64,000 bases of DNA. It comes from Eutreptiella sp. 'Long Island Sound 2002' (taxonomy: Eukaryota > Protista > Euglenida). The notes beneath the pieces were generated by a model that had not been told where the DNA came from, ran no database searches, and worked only from the letters and a program-made list of their open reading frames with translations. Within the stretch, counting starts at the first letter, position 1. The number at the start of each line of letters is the position of its first letter. Below, in pieces: positions 35,316 to 48,077 of this stretch. The translations under genes and the position numbers were made by a program. Location: positions 15,314,001-15,378,000 of the forward strand of contig OZ038378.1 of assembly GCA_964036045.1 (NCBI GenBank). Direction: 5' to 3'.

Positions 35316-36676
35316 GTCTTTGCGGGAGCAGTTTGAGGGGGCATGTGTGAGTTTGGGTGATTGAGTGAGTGAGTGTAGGGGTGGGTGGGTGGGTGAGGCT
35401 GTATGTGTTTGTGTATGTGTGCGTGCGTGTGTGTGTGCGTGGGTATATAATGGACTGTCGGAGTGTGCAGTGTTGTGAGGGCAAGGAATGTTTAGGGCCA
35501 TGTGGTATGAATGCCGATGGGTATCAGGGCCACCGCGGTGTAAGTGAGAAGACAGAAAATGCGATTTCGCACAAAGGACGTCAAGTATTGTACTACTCTG
35601 TACAGGGGAGGGATTTGACAAAGCGCTAATGAGCTGACGTACTGTGTGTGTGTGTGTGTGCTCCCCATTTGTCTCTCTCTTTCCACATTTCTCTCTCTCT
35701 CTCTCTTTCCATATTCCTCTCTCCAACTGGGTGGTAAGGAATCCCACCTACCACGGATGAGAAGGAGGGGTATTGCTCCCTCCATCAAAAGTTGGGCCTG
35801 TGCTGCTTCCCCACGGTGGGCCTCGTGCCTCTTTGTGGAGGGCTTGATGTCTTATCCATGAGGCTGCGTGTGCATGTGTGTCTCACGGCAAGCTGGGCCC
35901 GAAGAGCCGAAATAGCGCTCGGAGTCAGTGTCGGAGGGAGAGTGGAAGTCACATGTGCAAAAGTCACAGTTTACGCCGGGACACAAGATTCAAAAGGTCC
36001 CCGTCGGGAAGTTGACCACAAGATAGAATCATCCGATGATTTATATGCAAAAATGGAGATGGAGTTACACACAGAAACAACAGCCGAGAAGTCATGCACA
36101 ATTGTGCATATTGACGGATTCAATGGGTGTAGGGAAAGAAGTAGCATTGGGGCTTTGCAAGGTAAACATTAAAAGTCTCTTGTGTTCCGCCAGAGCAAAG
36201 TTTTCCCAACCAAGTTTTGGCCTCAAGAATCTACCCCCTCCCCAAGAAGAAAGAGAGGGAGGGAATCAGGGAGGGAGGGAGGGAGGGAGGGGGATTGTTT
36301 ATCGTTCAAAACCCAGAAGTTGGGCAATTTGCAAAGGGAGAATTTTGCCACATTGGGAGCAGCAAAGTTTTCCCCACCGACTTTTTGCCTCTAGAATTCA
36401 CCCCCTCCCAAGAAAAAAAGAGGGGGAGTGTGTATGTTGTAATACGTGGTTTCTTTTTCAGTAAATGCATGTCACAAAAAATCGTCACGCCGTACATTTT
36501 TTTTTTGCGGTAATTGCATGTAAAACTTACCAACCTTACCTTACGCGATGTGACAATTGTTTTGGACTCGCGTTTGCCGCAAAAAAAAAGACACAACTTT
36601 ACTGCAAAAAAAAAACAACTGCACGACTTTAGTGCAAAGAAAAAAAATACACGATTTTACCGAAAAAAGGAATTAT

Positions 36677-36960
36677 ATGCACGTGGCCAATCCGCCCGCT
36701 TGTGCGCCACTTATGATTTTGTCGCACGCTTTGAAGTGTTGGGGACCCCCTAGACGGCAAGGGTTATGTAGCCAATCTGCCCGCTTGTGGGCCACGCCTG
36801 ATTTCGCCCTCCCCTCTGAAGCGTTGCTGACCCCCCATACAGCACGGGTTATGTAGCCAATCTGCTCACTTGTTGGCCACTTCTGATTTTGTCCCCCGCT
36901 CTAAAGCGTTGGGGACCCCCCATACGGCAGGGGTTATGTCGTCAATTTGCCCACTTGTGG
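36677..36960 (+). repeat. ~85-bp tandem repeat x3-4, with dispersed partial copies at 37180-37410
   Basis: Recurring TTATGTAGCCAATCTGC...TGATTTTGTCCCCCGCTCT.AAGCGTTGGGGACCCCC. Confidence 0.8.
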
Positions 36961-38619
36961 CTATGGCCACCACCAAGAAAAACTGGCGGACGACTTCACA
37001 CGGTTACCCCAAAATGATTGGTCCCCCACTTGCATACAAAGCCATAGAGTGTGGCCCTTTTTTGCCCACCCGGATACACAGGCCATTCACTCCAAAAGCC
37101 CGTATATTATGGTTGACAAAAAAGTGCACCACCTCCGACTTGCATGCAAGTGTATTACAATAGGGTTTCCACCCACCTTTGGGCCCCCGAGAAGGCAGGG
37201 TTGAGGCAGCCAATTCTGATTTTGTCCCCTTTCCACTTTTGAACAAGCCATTAATGCATATTGTCATGCTTGCTCTTTTGCTCTGTAGCAAGCAATGGCG
37301 TATGCATTAAGAAATTGGCCACAATGAGTCCCGTAGGCATGGATGATACACTTCTGATTTTGTCCCCCGCTCTCAAGCATTGGGTACCCCCAGACAGCAT
37401 AGGTTATGCAATGTACATACCACATATTCCGCAACTTTAGAAAAGCTTTGTCCCAATCCATGCGAGGGCGTGCTTTCAAGATAGAGCACCTTGTCCGTAT
37501 CGCTACCTCCGGACAATACTATGCAGTTGGTCTCCCTAGTTTAAGAATACGGGTTGGAAAGCCTTGACCAACCGTCCTTCCACCGTCTAGAATACTTGGC
37601 ACACATCACCAAGTAGCATGTGGAACAACGGTCGAAAGGGGCAGTTGGGGACTCCCGTGTTGTTTTTGGTTTTTTTTTAAGGAATTTCACGAGGATGGGT
37701 TCGGGTGCCTCAATGGTTTCAAAGGCGCATCTAGAGTTCAAGAGCCCACCAGATTATTGGGTGACACCAAAATGGCTTTTCCATATCAATAAAGATGGGG
37801 AGTTCTCTACGACATGTGCCGCTTTTGTGTATGAATCCACAATTTCAGTTCCCTGTGTGCCGCCCATTTTGCTTTGTGCTCCATTTTGCTTTCGCATCAC
37901 AGCTATTGCCCAAAAAATGGGGTCGCCGGGGGGGAAACAGGGGCAACACGCCCGGAAGAAACATTTTCTAGGTTTCAAGGTGGGGGGGGGGGGGCGAAGC
38001 GCCCAAAGAAAAATTTTGGAGGTTCGCGAAGCGCTGAAGGTCGCCACAGTCAGTGGAATTCTTGCAAGTCACACTGCCAAAGATTGCCAAGCTTTGGGGC
38101 TCCCGCTCCTTCGCCTTTTTTGGCCGTGCCCCCCAACCCGAGCCATGGATGTGGCAGGAGAACCAAGCAATGCACGTGGCAGGTGCATTTTTCAATGATG
38201 CCGATGCCCTCTTTTTTGACCAAGGGGATCCGTCAAAAGAATGAGGCTCGGACGGACAACCTATTGAGGTGTATCGGGCCAAGGATGGTGTTAATGTGGC
38301 CGAATGGAAAGCCACATTACGTAAGATTGAGGAAGGGACCTCAATTACTAGGGAGGAATTTGTAGCCTTTCTCTGTGTCCACTGCGTTTGCGATGTGTGA
38401 GGGTGTGTTGCCGTGGCTCTTGGTAAATGAAATGGATTTTAAAGTACCCTCTCAATACTCATGGGAGATATTGTTGCCCAACGCCCTTTTAAGTTGGGCC
38501 GTATTGGGCGCAAGGTGAGTGCACGTGCCCAGCCACCGAAAAAGGTCTGCACATGCCAATCACATAAACATGCATCACAAAACAAGAAGCCTGTTGCAAA
38601 ATGCCGGCGTAAGGTGGTG

Positions 38620-39060
38620 GCTGGTAGCGATCCTTGGCGAAACAAACCCTTTGGGGTGGGAGATTGGTTGTCGGACAAGGATATTTTGTGTTGGTTGAAC
38701 CAAGAGCTGTACCACATGGAAATCTATGAACCACATGTGTGGACACTTGTGGTTGCTTATATCAAGAGAGTGTCCAAGTGGATGCAAATTATTGAATGTG
38801 GCTCCACACTAGACGGCATGGCTTGGTGCCGTGACCACATTTTTGTGGTTAATAGCGATGACAAAGAAGGGTTGCAGTGGTTTGTGTGTGCCTTCGATTG
38901 TGGTGCCAGGTTGGAGTGTTTCATTATTTGGGTTTGGGAACCCTTGAGCTCCATTTCTTTGATTTGCCCTTTCTTATCGCCGCTCTCAAAGCACCACTTA
39001 ACCACCAAGCAACGGGCCTTGGGATTCCAAAAGGATGGTTGGTCTTGTGGTTTTAAGAGC
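38620..39060 (+). pseudogene. Ulp1/C48-like cysteine protease domain (catalytic His replaced by Gln)
   Basis: WLSDKDI...IFVVNSDDKEGLQWFVCAFD...WEPL...QKDGWSCG follows the C48 H-W / D / Q..G.xCG layout. Confidence 0.7.
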
Positions 39061-40783
39061 CCGCATGGTGGGTCACCAAGGTTCTTTTTGAGATGTTTCC
39101 TCACCCCGATGGGTCCAAGTTTTGCCGACGATATGTTGAGCATTGTTAATGCTGATTGCTTTGTGCTGGTCATTCAACCGCCCGTTGATGATTTGGAGGG
39201 GGCTCTCTTGCCCTTCTGTGCTCCCCCCTAGCACCCAAGTTGAAGATGCAGTTTCAGAGATCGAGGTGAGTGTTCAAGCCACCCCCACCCCGCTCACAAG
39301 CAAGGATGCCTCCTCTGAGCAAAGCGTGGAAGGCCCGGAGGCCAAGGCGCAACCTTCCATGGCCAATCGTGCCACAAAGGAGGACACCTATCCCAAGGTC
39401 CTCATCTGTGGAGAGTGGCGCAAGGTGCCAGATAGCTAGCCCAAAGATGCATCCGGCCAGCTTGAGTGTGACTAGCAATTCATCAATGAGCGAACCAAGC
39501 AGCTTGTAGTTGAGTTGCTTGTGGCTTGTCAGCTGAACACCATCCCTTGTGCAAAGCCCAAGTCCACCAATACAAAGTGACCTCATCTACAGACGTGCAT
39601 TTTGCTCCTACTTGTAGCGGGTGCATGTTTTGTAGCTTTTCACTTCACTATATTTTCCTCGACTATTTGGTGTACCAATGGTGGAGCGTATCAGCTTGCT
39701 AGTATATTGGCCCCATTCTAGCGCCTTGGTGGCCACCGAGAGGATAGTGGTGGCAAGTACGTTGGCTACAGCCCTTTCAGGACTCTTTTCTTGAGCCTGA
39801 TTTTGTTCCCAGGGGGGCACACTGATGTTGGCCGTGGCCCCGTTAGGACTCTTTTCTTGAGTCTGATTTGGTTTCTAGTGCCAATTACACCATGTGATCC
39901 TATGTAATATTGGTTGAGTCCCAACTAGTTGGTGGCCACACAGAGTACTTCTTGCCTTGTGGACTCAGCGTCCCATCGTTAAGGTCGCTGTGGGGTGCCG
40001 TACGGAACTGGCAATTGTGTATATTGTGTGCATGTTGCAAAAGTTGGATTTTTTTTCCATTTTCCAATTTTTTATAATTACACGGCTTACAGCAAAAAAA
40101 AATACATCATTTTACTGCAAAAAAATTTACACACATGGACAATTTTTTTTTATTGGTCGGTTTTCTTTATATTTACACAACTTACCGCAAAAAAAAATTA
40201 CGCGACTTGACCGCAAAAAAAAACACGACTTGACGATTTTTTTTGCACACGATTTACATTTTTCACAGAGTGAGTGAGTGAGTGAGTGAGTGAGGAAGGG
40301 AGGGAGGGGCATTTTGTATTGTACATATCTCTTCATCTCTTGTAGTCAGTTTTGCCTTTTGTTTTGTTTCATGTTTTTTCTGTGGTCCAACCCCCCTCTT
40401 GCTTGCTCTCAGATCATCTGTGGTGGCTTGTGTTGCTTGTTGCAACCGCAGCACAAGAACAGAAGTGAAATGCAAAAGTGAAAATTGGTCATAAGTCACC
40501 TCGAAGAGAGGTTGTTAGATCAAGCGCAGGCGCGGGTGTCGTATAACCCCCCTTTTTTGGGGTCATTCGCGTAGCATACCCAAGGCATGATATTTGATGT
40601 CCAACCCCTTGTAAAATCCTTATTTTGCCCAATAAGACCATCCCCCAATGAATTTTTTGATTCTGAGGCCTCTATCCCCTGAAACTGGATATCACTTTTT
40701 TGAGGGGGGGGTGGGGTGGGTGGGGGGTCAAAAGTTTTCGCTGAGAAGGCTCCAAGCAATGGGAGACACTTTCGTTTCCTGTC

Positions 40784-40882
40784 CCATCCCCGGTCGAATG
40801 GTAACGCACCCAGCCGTAGATTTTTAGGTCAGCGGTTCGAATCCTGGATTTTTAGGTCAGCGGTTCGAATCCTGGTGGATGG
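40784..40882 (+). mobile_element. tRNA-derived (Tyr-like) SINE head / pseudo-tRNA with tandemly duplicated 28-bp 3' half
   Basis: GGTCGAATGGTAA (A-box-like), CCGTAGATTTTTAGGTCAGCGGTTCGAATCC (close to the tRNA-Tyr anticodon-to-T-loop sequence), CCATCC/GGATGG acceptor-like pairing. T-stem broken. Confidence 0.6.
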
Positions 40883-40914
40883 ACGACGGCGGCGGCGCTG
40901 CTGCCGTATGGGCC

Positions 40915-40982
40915 GCACCAGGGTTCGAACCGCCCACCGAAATGTCTGTGGCCGCCTGCATTACCATTCGGCCACCGCCAAT
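40915..40982 (-). mobile_element. Second tRNA-like head on the minus strand
   Basis: Reverse complement reads GGTGGCCGAATGGTAATGCAGG...GGCGGTTCGAACCCTG (A box and B box). Confidence 0.55.
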
Positions 40983-41635
40983 CCTGAGATCAGATGTTCT
41001 CCCCACTGCTTGGACCCGTGTCTGCCACTGACAAAAAACCCAAAGTGTATGTTTCTGTCTGACTGACTGCTGGCCTGTCTAACTGACTGACAGCCTCTCT
41101 TCGAGGTGCACTGCCGAAGGCAATAGAATTTGCTTTGGCTATTGTTGTTTGGCCCCTTTTGCCAGTTGATGAATGTGGTAACGCCCTATTGTCTATGTTG
41201 GTATTGCCAAACTCCTTTACCCTTGCTTCTATGTATTGGCGACCGATGGTGCCGCCCTTGCTGCCAACTTTGCACTGGGTTGCGGTACACATGGGGCTTG
41301 GCTACAGCGCAGCCACCCAATGCGCATCTGAGCAGTTGTCTCATCCACTCCATCACATCTTACACGGGGATATGTGGTGGGCGAATAACCGTGTCGGACC
41401 AAGTGTGTTTCTTAGTGGTCTTGTAGTCTTCGGGTTAGAATGCTGACAATCATCTCCTCATTACTCCACATTGGGGGGTGGTAGGTGAGCTTTTATCTCC
41501 CCGCACTTCTCTCTTTCTCCCCATTTCTCTCCATCCCTCTGCTCTCTACCTTTCTCTGTCTCTCTCTTCCTCCTCCCCCTTCCTTCTCTCTTGCTCGCTT
41601 GCTCTCTCTCCCCCTCTTCTCCTCTTTCTCTCCAG

Positions 41636-43082
41636 AGTGTGTATGACACACCCTTGGAGCCTCTGCACAACAGCCTTTGGGCGGTGATGGAGCCCACCAT
41701 CCTCCACCCGGAAGTGGCCCGCGAGATTGCGGCCCTTGAGAAGGCCATCCACAAGTACCTTCAGGACCGCAAGCCGCAGACTTGCTGGACGTCCCACAGG
41801 ATGCACGCCAATGATGTTTTGATTCCCCCGACATGCAGCCCCTTCACGAGCTTCATGGGGTACCTTTTTCCTGGTGCGAAAGTGCTCAAGCAGAAGATGG
41901 AAGAGCCATGCAACATCGTCAGCATGTGGGCAAATTCCGGGCAGGGAGACATGGCGAGCCCCCGCGGGGCGGTGACGGACCTCCTCAAGAACGAGGATTG
42001 GCAGTGGTTTGTAGGCGACCGCGCCAAACCCAGTTCGTTGAATTTTCCTGCCTTGCGGACGCAGATCACCGTCCTCGCCCCGCAGAATACGGCCTCGGCA
42101 GAGGCCGAGCGGCTCGCAGTCCAAGAGGCCGTCAACACCATTGACAACTTCATGCGCAGGCAACAGCCGTACCTCCGCAACGTGCACATTGCGTGGGGGG
42201 GGCCAGAGCTGAAGGCGAAGGAGGTGCAGACCGCCCTCAAGCTGGACCAGAGGTGGCTGATGCTCACTTTCATCATCCAAGTCGTGGCGGTGGCGCGGCA
42301 CGCCCACTCCTTCGTCATTGGCATCTGCTTCGTGCTGACCATGTGGCTCAATTTCTCTGCGGCGTCGTTCCTGTACGGGGCCCTCACGGGGGCCAAGGAC
42401 ATCAGCATCATGTACATGCTGAGCTACTACACCGTGCTGCCCTACACCATGAGCAGCGCGTTTGTCTTCATCAGCTCCTTCTTGCAGTCGGGCCAGATGG
42501 CCTCCCACGGGCGTGTAAACATGCTCACCCTGCGACAGCGACTGGCCTGGGTGTACCGGAAGGCGGGTGTGGCGGTCGGGGTGTCGACCATCATTATGCT
42601 GGCGGCCACTGGCATTACGGTCATGATTCCCATCCCGACGGCCCGTGGCTTCGCGATTCTGATGCTGATCGAGGTGGCCATCAATGCGTACACGTTCCTC
42701 ACGGTGTTCCCCTCCATCATCATCTTTCACCACCTGCACTTTTCCAACAAGCGGCGCAACACCCAGCGCCTCCGCGAGCTCGCCATAAAGAGCCGGGATG
42801 CGGGCGCGCTGGTCAAGCGGCACCCGCATTTCGTGTCGTTTGTCCACGAGCTGTGGCAGTCCGGGGGCCAGACGCGGCCACGGCGCCCCCACAGGAAGCG
42901 CAAAGCCGAGCCCCAGTGGACACCTGCAGTCCGAGTGGAGGACGAGGACTTCCGCCGCCACCGCCGTAAGCAGCCGGACGAGTTCATCACCCACGTGCCC
43001 GAGCCCTTCGTGTTTCGGACTGACGAGTCCGATGCCATCGTCATCAAGGAGTTGCACCAGGTTTCAGCGACGCACGCTGAAG
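41636..43082 (+). CDS. Dispatched/Patched-like protein, exon 2 (luminal loop 1 and TM2-6 sterol-sensing domain)
   Basis: Long polypyrimidine-CAG acceptor and high GC3. Five TM segments with RLAWVYRKAGVAVGVST and PIPTARGFAIL, typical of SSD TM5-6. Donor at 43083 gives the phase 1 needed by the next exon. Confidence 0.85.
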
Positions 43083-46000
43083 GTCCAACTCGTGCCCCAC
43101 GACAGACTCGTGCAACCGCATGAGGGTCTTCAACAGCTGCATGCCTGCCTGCAATCACCGCACACCTGGCACACGCGACCACACCTCACCACTGCACAAG
43201 TAATCAACCACCTCCCAACTGTCTTCAACCACAACACAATTGGTATCAAGCACTGGGCAACATTCTTTGGTTCCATTCATCTATCTTAAAGATTTCGTCA
43301 AGGCCCAAAGCTTGGGACACTTCGGTCACAAGGCTCATTGCGGATGGAAGCTGCGCCGTTTCCACAGCGCCGTTTTCGGGTGGTTTTTCATGGTTTGATC
43401 ATCCGGGCAAATTTTGTCGATGCAGGCCGGCTACTATCTTTACCGCCCCGAACCCTATTGGAAGCCCGACTCGCGGCACGCACCCTTCCTGTCCCAATCT
43501 GATGCAGCGTGGGTGTGACACCCCAGCACCCTCCCCATGGTTGCCGCAATAAACCGGTACTCTCCACTGTTACTGCACACTGTACAATGTCATTCTACAC
43601 TGGCACTCTGACTGTCACTCTGCCCTGTCTTAACCTCTTCGGGGGATCCGATGTCCAAATCTTTGTCGGGCACGTCCACTTGAAGGTACTCAAACGGGTT
43701 CTAAATTGATTATAGTGTTGTGTTGTTTGAGATGGAGAGGCTTTTGATGAGCTCATGAGATGATCGTCTGTGATTATTGGAATGGTGTTCTGGCGAGTGT
43801 GTGTGGAGGTCGGGGTTTTAATTTGTAGAGGAGTCGAGTGTTGCAACCGTAAGGTGATGTGTGTGTGACATGTTTCAATAGATTCTTGCTCCTTGGACCT
43901 GGTTTGGGGCCTTGGTTGCGATCACCAATGAGGTATACAGCCAAAAGCCTCATTGCAACGCCCATTCTTTCAAAAATCTACAATAAACATACTAGAGACA
44001 ACACATGCCTCCAAGCACTCACAATCTACGAGGCCCATCAGTGAAGCACAACCAAAACACTACTACCTGTGATAATCGTCAATCACCAACCCTATCCCCC
44101 CCACCACCACTACCAATATATGGGACTTTTTATACTCCAATTCTTCAGATATGTCACCAACCACAACACTAAACACTATGATTCAACATGGATACCTGAA
44201 ATCACAGCTCCAACGACACCACCAGAAGCCAAAATACCACCACCCACCAGCATCGATAATGCCGGTTATAATAGTGTGGATTTTTCCGTAGAGCGTGGCT
44301 CAGTGATCTTCCACTTTTATTGTCCTCTTGGTGGGTTTGGTAAAACTGTTGCCAACGATGTATTTGGCACTGTGTAGTGCATATCTTTTTGGTGGAGTTG
44401 GTTTTATAAATTGCTCAGTGCATGGAACCAAATACATTTTCCAGGTGTCTTCGGTACACCGCTACATCAAAGCTATACATTTGGTTGAACAGGTTGGCTA
44501 GTTGGTTTGGGGGATAGTCTTGTTGGTTTGCTGCCTTTTGCTGCGAATTGGTAAATGTCGGGTCAATCGTTGTTGTCCAGCACTTGGCATAGTTGTGTGA
44601 GTCAGGGGTTTGTTGTAGTGTCAAGAAGACGCTCGTTGTTTGGTTTGGGTTGTGATTGGAGTTGGAGGGTGCAGTGAGAAGGTCTTCTTTGTTTGTTTGT
44701 GAGTGTGTAGATGCATAGGGAGAATTTTAGGGGGTTTGGGGTGAAAGGGGGGGGGGGGCTGGGCAGGTTTGAGAACGAGATGCAACGGTGTTTTTCAGGG
44801 TGTTAATTTTGTGAGGTGAGAAGCTTGCCAGCACTTCCGGCATTTGAGTTAAGTCTTTCCCATTGTTAGTGGAATCATTTTGATTTAAAGTTCGTCTTCC
44901 CGGCCTCTTTTGTCTCAGCTAGTTGCTTGAAGCTGGGCTGCAACACATAGACTCCTAATTCGGGTGGGGTTGGGTTTTTTTTTAATGTGTACACATTCCT
45001 TTTCAGGTGTCATTGGTCAAGCATGGGCATTATGTAAATGCTGCTTTTGATGCTTTTTTTTGTTTGTTTAATCCAAGGACGCACAACAAGTGCAATACAA
45101 GAGCAAACATTGGCAAATTGGAGATTTGTAGGTTGGCATAAGTAGGTCAGCATAAGGAATGCGTAGTTATCATAATCACAACAAAATTGCTCCACTCTTG
45201 AGGAAACTCCCATTTTGGTGCCCTTCACTTTGTGAAACCCCAAATCACCAAAATACGGTGCCCTCTGAGGGAAGGCCAAGGTACCATTGCCATGCATAGC
45301 ACCAAGCTTGCGCGCATGTAGCAAGGGTTGAGGCAGACTGCAATTGAGGGGTGACATGGGTGTTTGCCCCCCCTCTTCATTGGTGTTCTTTGCCTTGAGG
45401 GTCAGCTAGGGTGAGTAGCAGATCCTTCTACATGTTGAATGGTGATGAGGACTGTCTGCTTGCCATGCAAGCCATGCATGGGTAGAGGTTGTCCTGCTCA
45501 TGCGAAAGCAACCTTGTCACTCTTATATTTGGAGAGTGTGTGTCATACATGGTTATCCTCCTCTTTAGGCCGGCACGTAGTGGTCAGAGGGTGCATGGTC
45601 CTGTGGTCTAGAGCTTTGGCCTCCCTCCTTTTAGGGGCCTTGTTTGGCCTTGGGTTGGTCCACAAAATGTGCGGTGTTGGCTCTCACCCCCGTGGTCCTT
45701 CCTGCCTCTTTGTTCAAAACATGCTGTGCCATAGCCAAGTGTTTTGCCGCTAGTGTCCTGTACAATGAGACGAACGAGGTGCTTAGTGCGGTGCATGCGC
45801 GTTGTGCACAATGTTCATATAGTCCGTTTTGGAGACCCAAACCTTGTGGGGCTAGGGGCATCATTATTCTTTGGCACCACCCATTTACGTGATCCTCTCT
45901 TGTGGGGGATGTGGATTATGATGATGGGGAACCACGTGCCAGCTGGTAAATTCATGACGCAACAAGACCTTGAGAATTTCTATGACATGAGATCGCGGCA

Positions 46001-46631
46001 TTGGGTGTCATGCTGTCACTGCGTAAGAATGGTACCAAAAGCTTGGGCATGATGATTGCTCACTTGAGAGTAGATGTTCATCTTCTTTTCAAGTTGAAGC
46101 ACACAATACCTAGGGGTGTCACGCCATATGTGTCATGAGGTGATGGTTGTGTTACTGTTGTTGATACAAGCAGTAAAAAAGAGTTGTGGGTATTTGTGTT
46201 TATTGGTGGATGGGATTCATGCGCAGCAACATCAACAAAATTCCTCAATTTTCTTAGACCATCTTGATTTGGGCCTAGACAGTGTGTGCCTTCATGTGGT
46301 TTGCATGCTGTGCACAAACACCCCTACTGCGACTGTTCACTACCACTGTTCGCTGACATTCCCCACTGTCACTGTACAGTGTCACTGCTCACTGTTATTG
46401 TTCCCTGTCCAGGCCTTTTCTTAGTGCCTCGCCTACCTTACCCCGGGGGGGGGCTGCCTTTTTCAAAATGGTGGGTGCCTCCTTCTGAAGCGCTATACTC
46501 CCGGCGCTGAAGGAGCCTGAAAAATTTTCTCTTATATTTTCCCCTATGTTGGTCAGTCGGTGAGTGGGTGGGTGCCCCGGGGGGGGCAACTCCGCGGGTC
46601 CTAGGACCCCAACTACCCCTGCCCCCCCCCC

Positions 46632-47310
46632 CCCCCCTTGGGGGCCTCCGGCCAAAAGTTAGTTGCCAAAGGTGTCGCCCTCAGGCATCCATGGGCGCCA
46701 AAGGCGCCTGATGCTCCATGAACACCAAAGGTGCCCTAAGGAAAATTTTGTCCACTTTGCACCCAACACCATCCTAAACCCAACCTTGACTCTAACGCCC
46801 ACCCCCAACCCTCAGCCTACTCCCTAACTCTACACCTAACCCTACCCCTACCTCTCACCCTCGCCCTAACCCTAGCCCTAGCTCTCACCCTAGGCCAAGG
46901 TCACAGTGAGTGTTGGGGTCCAAAATGGAGAGCAATGATGTGGCAAAAGCAGCCATGAACGAAATTAGGGGGATCTTGTTCAGCCCAATCAACATGGCTG
47001 GCATGGCCAAACCAGCTGGTTGCAAAGGTTAGGGTTAGGTTTATGGTGATGGTATAGTTAGAGGGAGGGCAAGGGGAGGTAAGGGGAGCCTGTGCCCCCC
47101 CTCCCCCCCAACACCCCAAATCACCCCACCTAGACCCCCCCCCCCACCACCCTAAATTGCCACACTTGGACACCCCCCCAACCGACCCTCCGGGAGCGCC
47201 CCCCCTCCCCCATTGCCCCCTCCCTGAACCCCCCCCTCCAATCCCCCCCCCCCCAAGGGGCCTCCGGCCAACAGTTAGTTGAGGGGGTAGTCGGCGTCCA
47301 GAATCGAGGG
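46632..47310 (+). mobile_element. Family C element, uninterrupted copy with degenerate (CCCTAA)n tract
   Basis: (C)n-GGGGCCTCCGGCCAA.AGTTAGTTG at both ends, GGCGCCAAAGG repeats, telomere-like tract 46775-46890. Confidence 0.75.
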
Positions 47311-47640
47311 GTTGCCCCCCCCCCCCCCCCCCCGGGGTGGGTGCCTCTTGAGCTGAGCCAGCCCAGCCCCCCCCCCCCCCCCTGTGGGGTTAGGTCAAGT
47401 GCTGTGGGTGCCTGTCAAAAGTGAGTACCTGTGCTTCTCATTTCACCCCCCCCCCCCTGTTGCTAAGAAAAGCCTTGTCCCTGTCACTGTACACTCTCCT
47501 CGTACACTCTCACTGTACATTGTACATTTTGCCCTGTCACTGTACACCGACCATTGCTGTACACTGTCACTGTGCAGCCACACTGTCACATGTGCCTCTA
47601 CCCCCGCCCCCTCCCCTGCATATGCAATCGTGCATTGCAG

Positions 47641-48077
47641 GGAACGTGCAAGACTGGACCTCCCTGCCTTGGGGGACGCGGAGCGCACTGTGGTGCAAGC
47701 TGGCCCGAATGCTGAATTTGGAGGGGCAGGCGTCGGTGCGCCTGCAGCAGATCATGGAGGTTCTGAGCGACGGAGTGCAAGAGCTTATCAGTCTCACCGT
47801 CGCAGAGCAGCTCGCGTGCCAATCGCCCTTTCAAAGATCGGGGCTGTTGCGGACCCGCGTCAGTGCGCCCTCCTTCGCCGACCAGCAAATGCTCACTCAT
47901 CACTCGCGGACGCGACTGCAGATGGACAACACTAGCTCACCCACATCGGTAATGGAACGAATGCAGCATCGGGCGCAGGGGCATTCTTTCTGGCGGTTCT
48001 ACCAACGCAGCGTGCATGGCAAGCGGGAGACAGAGATTGAGAAAGCGGAGAGGGTCCTCAACGGGCCGACCAAACAG
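47641..48077 (+). CDS. Dispatched/Patched-like protein, exon 3 (cytosolic linker)
   Basis: TTGCAG acceptor; open frame NVQDW...VLNGPTKQ; phase 1 in, phase 0 out at CAG|GTGCTG. Confidence 0.65.

Larger units (their letters stand above)
36461..40257. mobile_element. Long-imperfect-TIR (Mutator/foldback-like) element in intron 1, carrying a Ulp1-like protease
   Basis: Ends GTAAAT...ATTTAC with ~60-bp imperfect IR (AAAAAATCGTCA...TTTTTTTGCGGT). Flanks CTTTTTCA/ATTTTTCA (8 bp, 1 mismatch). Subterminal CCGCAAAAAA repeats. Confidence 0.55.

Noticed and set aside
40784-40882. Functional tRNA-Tyr gene
   Set aside because: T-stem and anticodon stem do not pair, and the 3' half is duplicated.
41546-43057. 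503-aa minus-strand ORF
   Set aside because: Antisense shadow of the high-GC3 SSD exon.
43640-44800. A/C-rich LINE-like fragments in both orientations
   Set aside because: Only compositional bias and a YMG motif; not enough to call.
43512-46125. Element defined by a 13-bp IR GG(T/C)GTGACACCCC
   Set aside because: Short, no TSD and no supporting internal structure; could be chance.
46775-46890. True telomere or chromosome end
   Set aside because: Repeats are degenerate, short and internal to a repeat family within an intron.
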